DNA of 62,999 bases, counting the filler, from Hyphochytrium catenoides (taxonomy: Eukaryota > Protista > Hyphochytriomycota), in the NCBI GenBank assembly GCA_900088475.1. It is 13 parts of 13 records of this genome, joined end to end, with 100 filler letters (N's around TTAATTAATTAA, not from the genome) between each part and the next. Parts side by side here need not be neighbours in the genome. Positions count along the whole stretch, not along the records: positions 43,909 to 55,855 come from FLMG01003378.1; positions 55,956 to 59,163 come from FLMG01003199.1; positions 59,264 to 61,722 come from FLMG01001861.1; positions 61,823 to 62,999 come from FLMG01001373.1; 9 more parts are not named here. One strand, 5' to 3'. This document shows, one piece after another, positions 54,351-62,999 of the stretch (positions within the stretch are counted from its first letter, which is position 1; every line of letters starts with the position of its first letter). The translations under genes were made by a program, and so were the position numbers. The notes beneath the pieces were generated by a model. It saw only the letters and a list, made by a program, of their open reading frames with translations, was not told the DNA's origin and ran no database searches.

Positions 54351-55799
54351 CTATGTGAGTCTGCCCAGATCGAAGTGACTCGATCCCATCCCAGTAGTGA
54401 CAGCAACAAGCCAACTATCCATCTCGGCCTTGGAATTGCCCCTGAACGTTATCACCGCTGTATATCCCTCCGCCATGCTAAGATATTCTCCTTCTCGGTC
54501 TCTCGATCGCTTAATGCTGAGGTTGTTATCCAGACGCAGCACCAGGGCTGGCTCCTCATACTGAGGATGCTGGTAGCAGAGGAGCTTGTGCCCAATAATA
54601 GCACACCAAAATCTCTCTTCAGGAAGTTTCGGTCCGTATCCAGAGCTGCTTGTTTGTTGAGCGGCAACTCCACCCCCTTTCATCTCGTCTCCATCGTCGC
54701 TGCTACTGGACTGAGGGGATCCACGGCGAGACGAGGTCAAGCGCTTCCGCATATTGAGGACGTGTGCCGCGATACCCTTATCTTTGAATTTACTAAGGGT
54801 TTCTTGAACATAACTTGTATAGCTCTTACTCCGCCTTAGTGGAGGCTTGCTTGTCGCGGGAGCTTCTGTCGTTACGCAGCTATGGCTTGCCATCTTGCGC
54901 AACAGGTGAGCCTTTGATCGAGACTCAAATCCTCTGGCAGGAAGAGAAGCAGAAGAGCCAAGAAGTTCGCCCGGACCCCCCTCCAGCATGGCGACAAGAT
55001 CAGGGCTGCGGAGAAAACCGCATTTGCTCTTGTGAAGCAAGGGACTGATCTGCCTTAAACCGAATGAACACATCAAGGCCGACCTGTCATCTGCACCTTT
55101 ATACCAGGAGGATGCCATCTCGCGGTATGGGGCTGCCTCAATTTTAGTGTCATCAGTGGGATGGGTGGCATACCATGGAGAGCGGAAAGTGTCTCCCATC
55201 CATAGCGGTACGTTGATCTCTTGCGTGTACGCAAATGCCACGTGACAGTATGCATCGGCCAAGATGAAGTCGCAGTCTCTGAAGTCCTTGAAATCATAAC
55301 GCAGCTGGCCCCTGAATACATTCATAGAGGTGCACGTCACGTCGAGACGTTTAGCGAGATAGGGCGGGAGGCGAGAATAGACCGTCAAGACGATCTCGCA
55401 ATCGCTGGAGACGCCAGGAACTACGATCTTTCTGTCGAAGAAGACGGTGCCATCTATGTGGTCCGTGGCTGGAACAGTGTACTCGTACATGAGCGGGCCG
55501 AAGGGTTTCCGTACGACACTAATGTGCAGGAATGTCTCGCTGTTTGGTGGCGAAAGGCTCTGCGGAAGATTTCTGATCTCTCCAAGGGTGAGCACCACTG
55601 GCCTCAATATTCGGGACATACCTCTGCGGACAATTCTCCTAAACTTGTACCGCAGCCAAAGGCTCCGAAATAGGCAGCTAGCTCTCCGCATCGCCTCCTC
55701 ATTCTTTGAAACATCTTCACGACCTATGGTGCTCTTCCCATCACCTTTGTTCTTAAGCCATAAAGGAAGCTCAGACACACCGACTGGGCTTTGAGACAT
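54351..55799 (-). CDS. Protein with IQ-like motif, possible C2-like middle region and C-terminal PH domain (may be 5'-partial)
   Basis: 482-aa ORF. RASCLFRSLWLRYKFRR (IQ-like); ERFWCAIIGHKLLCYQ..PALVLRL..ITFRGNSKAEMDSWLVAV (PH signature with terminal Trp helix). Frame is open to the contig end. Confidence 0.75.
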   Translation of the reverse strand: MSQSPVGVSELPLWLKNKGDGKSTIGREDVSKNEEAMRRASCLFRSLWLRYKFRRIVRRGMSRILRPVVLTLGEIRNLPQSLSPPNSETFLHISVVRKPFGPLMYEYTVPATDHIDGTVFFDRKIVVPGVSSDCEIVLTVYSRLPPYLAKRLDVTCTSMNVFRGQLRYDFKDFRDCDFILADAYCHVAFAYTQEINVPLWMGDTFRSPWYATHPTDDTKIEAAPYREMASSWYKGADDRSALMCSFGLRQISPLLHKSKCGFLRSPDLVAMLEGGPGELLGSSASLPARGFESRSKAHLLRKMASHSCVTTEAPATSKPPLRRSKSYTSYVQETLSKFKDKGIAAHVLNMRKRLTSSRRGSPQSSSSDDGDEMKGGGVAAQQTSSSGYGPKLPEERFWCAIIGHKLLCYQHPQYEEPALVLRLDNNLSIKRSRDREGEYLSMAEGYTAVITFRGNSKAEMDSWLVAVTTGMGSSHFDLGRLT

Positions 55800-55955
55800 C
55801 GCAACCGCTTCCGCGCGAGACTTCGGGAAGGATAAGGTCGACCGTGGTGAACGTCNNNNNNNNNNNNNNNNNNNNNNNNNNNNNNNNNNNNNNNNNNNNT
55901 TAATTAATTAANNNNNNNNNNNNNNNNNNNNNNNNNNNNNNNNNNNNNNNNNNNN

Positions 55956-58039
55956 CAAGCTGCTCGGCCTGGTGACTCGTAGAGATATCGATTTCTTCGA
56001 GGACCGCTCTGTCAAACTTAGAGAGGTGATGACCCCAGTAGAGCAACTGATCGTTGGAAAATACCCTTGCACATTGGAAGAAGCCAACAAGATCCTGCAA
56101 GGTTGCAGGAAGGGTAAGTTCAGTAGAGGATAAAGAGGCTTCCAAGCTAGAGAGAAGAGAGACAGGGAGAGGAAGACAGGTACCGACATAGAGAGAAAGA
56201 GATAAGAGAACTACAGGGGTAAGAGATTGGCGGTTAGTACGATCGAGCCTGTGAGGAGAACAAGGACGCGACCCTGGGTCTATCTATAGTGCAAAGCAGT
56301 AGACCTAGAGACACCTAACCTCAAGATCCACGCGCCGTGCTTGCTCTCTCTCGGCTTCTTCTTTTCTCAACCTCTGCTATGGTTGCTTCTCTTAGGCAAG
56401 CTGCCACTAGTCAATGACAAGGGCGAGCTCGTCTCTCTAGTAACCAGAAAGGATCTGCTGAAGAACAGAGACTTCCCCAACGCTCTAAAGGACCCGAAGA
56501 CAAAGCGCCTGCTGGTTGGCGCTGCAGTCTCTCCTGAAGATCCTGAGAGCAAAGAGAGAGTCAAAGCTCTTGCTGAGGCAGGCGTTGATGTTATTGTCCT
56601 TGATGCTAGACATGGAGACTCTGGGGCTCAAATTGGCCTCATTAAGGTAATACTTGGACAGGCTTCATTCTCTTTCTCTCTTTTTTCTCATCACTCTCCT
56701 TTCTTTCTCTCTCTCTTTCTTTCGCTCTCCCTCTCTCTCTCTCGCTTCAATGAACATAAATATTCCATCTCTCCATCTCTTCTCTCTCTCTCTCTCTCCA
56801 GATGTACCACTTTAGCGACTTTCGGAGACCTTGATGGTTTCCTCGACTCTATCTCAGCATCTTGCTGCAGTTCTTGGCTTTTTATCCTTTGGATTGCTTC
56901 AATCACTCTACGTAATGGGTGTGGCTTTATCTTGACCCGATCTCTCGCTTCGCCGCTGTCTGCAGCACATCAAAGAGAATTATCCGCAACTGGAGGTGAT
57001 TGGCGGCAACGCTGTCACCCGCAGACAGATATTGAACCTCATCAATGCAGGAGTAGATGGATTGAGGATCGGCATGGGAGCGGCTTCGGTGTCTGCTGCT
57101 GCGGAGCTGAAGGCTGTAGGCCGCGCACAGTTGTCTGCCATCTATTACACCGCCAAACTAGCTAGAGAGCATGGTGTCCCTGTCATTGCGGACGGAGGAA
57201 TCGTGAACTCCGGTTGTCTGATCAAAGCACTTAGTTTGGGGGCGTCCTGCGTGATGCTAGGCCAGATGTTGGCAGGGTAAGCTTCTCCGGCATCAGAGGA
57301 TGGTCTATTGCCTCAGCTGTCGGGCCCGGGGTCTCTCTAAGTGGCGAGGGTCCCACTTGCTCGGGTCCTTCCATCCCTGGCTCTCCTAGTCCTTGTTAGG
57401 CTCTGTTCTGTCTATTACACGTCGGCGATCTGGTTCATTCATTTGTTTCTCGTCAACATGAGCTCCTGAGACCAGTAGTAGTCATCTTTCTACTGATTTA
57501 TCAGCTCTTGTCTGTCTCTGAAACTCACCTCCCGACAAGGATAGGCACTAACTTCCTCTGCTCTTCTAGCACGGACGAGTCTCCCGGCGATTACTTTTAC
57601 CAGGACGGGATGCGCCTAAAGCATTATCATGGTGTCAACAGCAATGCAGCACTGCGTAGAGCTGGAAGGAAAGGTAAAAAAAGGCCGGCTGTTTCTTTCT
57701 CTTAAGCGACTGTTTGGGAAGGACTAACTCAGGCGACACCTTTCCGTCCGTTCACCTCTTCTCTTTCTCTTATGGCGCACAGCCTCATACTCGGAGGAGA
57801 GGCGCTTTGTGGAGGGCGTAGCAGGGGCTGTGGTCGATAAGGGAACGGTACGGCGGTATATCCCGTACCTTGCACAGAGCATAAGGCATGGTTTCCAAGA
57901 CATGGGGCTCCGCTCTATCTCTGCCGTTCATGACGCGCTCTACAGTGGCTTCCTGAGGTTCGAGCTGAGGTCCGTGAACGCTCAGACAGAGGGAGGGGTC
58001 CACGATCTTTTCTCTTATACAAAGAGACTCTTCCAGTGA
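55956..58039 (+). CDS. IMP dehydrogenase homologue with CBS/Bateman domains but degenerate active site (probable pseudoenzyme), 5'-partial
   Basis: Exons 55957-56113, 56396-56646, 56966-57276, 57570-57673, 57783-58039. [82 protein letters not shown]. Catalytic loop reads [12 protein letters not shown] instead of [12 protein letters not shown]. Confidence 0.92.
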
Positions 58040-61000
58040 AGATCCGGAGAGAGAGAGTAAAGAACGCGATGAGAGCAAAAGAAAGACAGACTTGCTGTGT
58101 CGGAGGAACATTAATGGAGACCCAAGAGCTGTTCTTCGCCATGTATTTAACTGCTAATAATAATGAAGCGAGAGGCCTCAGACTCTTCAGCAAAGAGAGA
58201 GAGAGGAGCTCAAAGCCCTTGAAGAAGCAGCGGAAAGTCCTTGAAGGAGTGATAGAATAAGAATTGCAGAAGAGAGTGAAGAGAGAAGCAAGGGAGAGAG
58301 TACTATGATACAAAAACGAGGAGAGACGGAGAGAATTAGAGAGAGAGACACACATCAAAACGGATGATGTCCGCACTTTGACAGCAGAGCAAAACGGACA
58401 GCGTAGTCCGAGAGGCGGCGTCTCCATTCTCAGGTGGAAAGGATTTCCTAACTGAAGACGTTGGTGGAGCTATTGCGGGCGGCTCTTCCTCTCTCCTCGC
58501 TTCCTCTTATCTCCTGACTCAGACTTGATCGACTTTGAAGGTCAGGAAATCACAGAGAGAGAGAGAGACGGACAGAGAAATGACAGAAAGAGCATTAGAA
58601 AACCTTGTTAACAGGATGTGTGAGAGCGACGGACTGAAGAGGAGAACAGGCTGATTTCTTGTGGCAGCGGACAATCGAGAGCCGCGCTAGACGAGCGAGG
58701 CAAGACAGATGAAGAGTGTGACCGTGGGAAAGAGAGAGAGTGTGTGGAAGAAAGATTATGGTACGTGAGAGAGATAGCACAGGCACGAACCTTTTCCCTT
58801 GACAGCTTCTTTAGTTTTTCCAGTGCCTCATCTTCCTCTTTCTTCAACCCTAAGCAGCCCTCCCTAGGTCGCAATGGTCCGAACGAAGCGAGTTACCCAG
58901 AGGCGCCCAGGACGCGATGGGGCAAGACAGAGCAGGCGCGTGGTGAGAGGAGCGAGGTATAAAGGACAGACGAAAGGACACAGAAGTCCCAGACCTTCTC
59001 GTCTCTTCAAGCGCTTTATCTCTGAGTCGCGCTTTCCTTCTGTTGTTGAGTCGAATCCGGTCCAGGAGCTCCCTTTGCTGGGGAAACACAGAGGCAAGAA
59101 AGAGTTAGGAGACGTACAGCTTAGGCTATTATGGCCAACAAGTGTGCAGAAAGGGAGGAGACANNNNNNNNNNNNNNNNNNNNNNNNNNNNNNNNNNNNN
59201 NNNNNNNTTAATTAATTAANNNNNNNNNNNNNNNNNNNNNNNNNNNNNNNNNNNNNNNNNNNNATGGAGACGACGAGGCTGCCATCCTGACACCTCCTTC
59301 TCTCTCCCGCCGGCGTAGGGCAATAACTATTATGGAAATTGAGGACATTATTAGCTGAAGGTTGTTGTTATTAGCCGGAAGAAGAATGATTGCAGGCCGA
59401 CGACATTAAACGCTGATGTACTAGATTATTATAGGAAGGAGGCGAGGAGAGCAAACCTACTTGGCTTGTACTAGGGACGGCGGGGAGAAAGGGCAGTCTA
59501 CTGCCAATCTACGGGCTTCCCAACAAGGCAGCCTGTTTGTTCATAGGGTTAACAGAGGAGGGCAAGACATCCGGTGAGGATGAGAGACTGTGACGGCAGA
59601 TATCCCTTAGAGGTGGAGAAGAAGAGAGGCTACACTGAGAAGGACAAGAACAGACAGAAGAAAGAAGAAGACAGTCGTTTTATGAGTGATCTGTCCGATG
59701 ATTCTACGTGGAGGCAGACTCTAGCTAGATGTTGCGGCGCATCATCTTTGCCAAGAAGCCAGCTGTTGCTGCTTATCGATGGATGCCGCCGCTGCTCAAT
59801 CACAAGCAGCGCCTGATCATTATAAAGCGGAGAGGCAGTCCATCAGAAGATGTGGACTATGTATGCTCTACGAGCTCGCTATGCCCTCCCCCACCCATCT
59901 CAATCGCCGCAGAGCATAATAAGCGATCAATCCTCTAGAAGGTAAGTCAGTCTTTGAAAAGTGGCGAGAGGCTACCTGTCAACGGTGGCTGTCGTGAATG
60001 CAATGTTCTCCTCGTTGTTGGAGCCACGCCAAGGACTTTTACCGAGAGTGGTCTAGATAGTAGATATAGAGGAAAAGGTGTCGGCGAGCTGCACAGCGCT
60101 GGTCTTGACACAAGATGAGGTGAATCAAGTCAGAAGAAGAAGCGGTTGCGGCTGTAGCATATGCGGCAGGCAGTACGTTAAATTCAGGGCGGGGCCAGGT
60201 CCTATCTCTATGAAGCTGGTGGCCGCTATCTTTTCCTGGTATTTACCTATTTATTGCCCCTGCACTCTCAGTCAGCACTTTGATCAGCACCTGCTGCTGA
60301 CTATGACGACGTCCTCCACTGATTATTGTTGAACGACTGAGCTTTTCGACGACTGACTGCCAATCTGCCGATGGCACCCGAGGATGCGCACGTAGCTTCA
60401 GCAGCAGCTCGTGGGGGCTCCTCCTATAGCCTCCATAGAGATCATATGCGGCAGCGGGGCGCCACTGCTGATGCAGCAATAGGAGGCAAGCTGGAGCAGC
60501 AGCCAGAGCAGCAGCCTAGCAGGAGGAGGACGGACAATGACGATGAAGAAAGCCAGCCGCCGCAAGCCAAATCCTTGTGTTTGCGCCACTTGAAGTCTTG
60601 AAATCTTAGTCCCGAAAAGAAAGACACGCTCGGGCTATGAAAGTTCTTATACAACGATACGGGCTACGGTGTGAAATAAATGGAAGCAAATGAATCTTTC
60701 AAAAGTACGGTCTAAAGTGAGTAGCTTCTGGGGGCAGCTTGGGGGGACGAAGACTAATATAAGAGTTGATCCCTCGATCATCTGTCAGCTGAGCCTCTCT
60801 GGCTGCCCCAAGTAGCGCCATCCCAACTGCCAAGAAAGCGCGAAGCTTCAGAAAGAGCTTCTGTCTCGACGGCTCAGGCATCCCTTCATCTGGGTATGGA
60901 GACTGATCTTCGACGGGTCAGTCGGCAAGAACTGATGCGCCTGCTCGGGGTGTCGCTGCGTTAGCCCGCAACCAAGGGCTGCCCAGCAACAAAGTGAGGA

Positions 61001-62999
61001 GATAGGTAGGATGTGTTCGAAGGGTTGTTGTTCCCGCTACACGCGGTGCCATAGGTGGACTTTACCGGGCTGAGGTCTTCTCTGCGGCTGTGCGTGCCGA
61101 GGCGGCGGTAATTAAAGCATCTTTGCTAGGAGCTATAGCTCTGAGCTCTGATACCGGTGAGGAGGCTCATGGTACGTACCACGTCTGAGCAGCTGGAAAT
61201 GGCTATTGTTGGCTGCTCTATTTCTGCCCCACATTCCTCAGTGAGCTACTTTGCTGCTGACCATTGTCAGTATCTCATTCATGAGAAGAAGCCACCGAAC
61301 AGCAATTGATAAAGCGATGACCAGGAGCATTGACCCACTGGGGAGCGACAACGCGAGCTGCTGCTGCTGAGAATGCAGAGACCCTCCGTGGTGATCCTTC
61401 TTGGCCTAGGCTATTTGATGGGGATTCGGAGTGTGCCAGTAGGTCATGATAATAATACTTCCTGCGAAGACCACTGCGCTGCTGTCCTCAGTTGGATATT
61501 GGGGCCTTTAGAGCGTATCGCACGCGGAGAGACAGAGCCCGTCGTGTTTGGTTTTTCGACTCGTCCTTCTAGGCCTTTGAAATACTATTGCCCGCTTTGG
61601 CCTACTGCTGCGTGAGACCATCGTGTCCGTTGTCAGCTGAATGACGTGGTTCAAGGTTCTTCAGTCTGGACTGCTCAACATTGAGCTTTGACTCCGTCGA
61701 TCGTCCTTCAAAGGCCAAGCAGNNNNNNNNNNNNNNNNNNNNNNNNNNNNNNNNNNNNNNNNNNNNTTAATTAATTAANNNNNNNNNNNNNNNNNNNNNN
61801 NNNNNNNNNNNNNNNNNNNNNNAAGAGAAGCAAGAAGAAGGCCTGCTGCAGGAGGAAGAGTAAGAAGAAAGGCAGTCATGGTGAAGAGATAAGAGGAGAG
61901 AAAGAGGAACAGACCCAGCACTAGATAGGGAAGAGGCCAGGTGAGACCGAAAAGGGAAGGCAGAGGGCCAATTGGAAGAGGAAAGGGAGATGTAGAGCAA
62001 CACAATAAGGAGAAGAGAAAGAGAGTCAAAGTAAGAAAGCAAGGCGGAACAGAGAGAGAGGAGGCANNNNNNNNNNNNNNNNNNNNCCACTTCCGCTGTC
62101 AACGAGAACAGCAAACTTGGCGGTGGCTCGAGCCTAGCCGGCCACCTGGAACCTGTGACTGCCTAGGATGATGAAATCTCAGAATGGGAGGCACTCGTGG
62201 GGGGATTGTCGCGAGATTGCATCGTGAGGAAAGGCACTAAGCACTCCCTATTAAGCCACATACATTGCATCCCTCTCGCTTTAGCTCTCGAACGGTGTCC
62301 GCGGTCTGATGTGATCTCTTCTGTTTCCCACTAGTAATCCTGACCTGAATATTGGTGCAGGAAAAAGGCTTACTCAGCTTTCTCCTCAGCACCTCGGAGG
62401 CGGCATACGAAAACAGCTGCTAAAGCCTGATGCGACACTGCCGATTGTACAAAGATGGAACCTCGTTGAGGATAGTTTGGAAAGCGCTAAAGCAAGTAAT
62501 ACCGGGACAAAAGCCGTTAAAAAGGAGCGGAAAGAGGGAAAGGGAAGAGAGGAGAGCTTTAGAAGAGAGAGGTACAAGAAGCGCAAGATGGAGAAGAGAG
62601 AAGAGTAGCAGCTACGAGGGTGGAGAAATCATAGAACAGAGACGTTTATACAAACAGATAAGACAACAGAGGATTTTTTGAGACTCACAAGAATGATGAG
62701 CAAGAGACAAATAGAGAGGAACTTAGGAAGAGCAGCAGAAGAAGGGGCACAGAGGGATAAAAGAGAGAGAGACGAATGCAGATGACGTAGTAGATCATCA
62801 GCAAGAGAGTGTTCATCATCGTGTCGCTTTGATACAAATCGTCCTCAAAGACTTGCCCCTCCGACAGCAATCTGACATCTGGCCGCTGTTGCTGTCTCTA
62901 AGGTGAAGAACTAACTCAGCAGATGGGTATATCAGCGATCGCCGTCAGGGCAACTCTGACTCTGACTCATCACTCATCATACAGTGTTTCTTGGTAGTG

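Noticed and set aside
59264-62999. Coding-like fragments in the last two contigs (similarly 14848-17200 and 37400-39000)
   Set aside because: Frames are broken by stops and no family motif was recognised; left unannotated.

Overview
Eukaryotic, intron-rich, (GA)n/(CT)n-rich DNA; protein styles suggest a stramenopile protist or alga (inference). The window is not contiguous: about 13 small contigs are joined by 12 artificial ~100-bp linkers (N44-TTAATTAATTAA-N44), so adjacency across a linker means nothing. Most track ORFs are microsatellite artefacts, so genes were rebuilt by hand from GT..AG splice sites. Recognisable host genes: a YqiA-like esterase (first exon only), CYB5RL-type reductase, ABHD4/5-like hydrolase with an N-terminal membrane region, V-ATPase subunit A (12 exons), U2AF large-subunit-like protein, RlmE/MRM2 methyltransferase fragment, patatin-like lipase, a 990-aa PPR protein, a WD40 protein, an IQ-like/PH protein and an IMPDH homologue. 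Highlights: (1) a 12-exon tyrosine-recombinase gene (19735-23290, minus; ~880 aa; R..K..HxxR..W..Y plus a GCR1_C-like tail), i.e. a Crypton-like DNA transposon with uniformly short introns, one premature TAA and possible downstream cargo; (2) the IMPDH homologue lacks the catalytic Cys loop and the flap Arg but keeps its CBS domains, so it is a probable pseudoenzyme; (3) a 452-bp hAT-type MITE with a perfect 8-bp TSD; (4) a ~184-bp satellite and a telomere-like 13-mer array.
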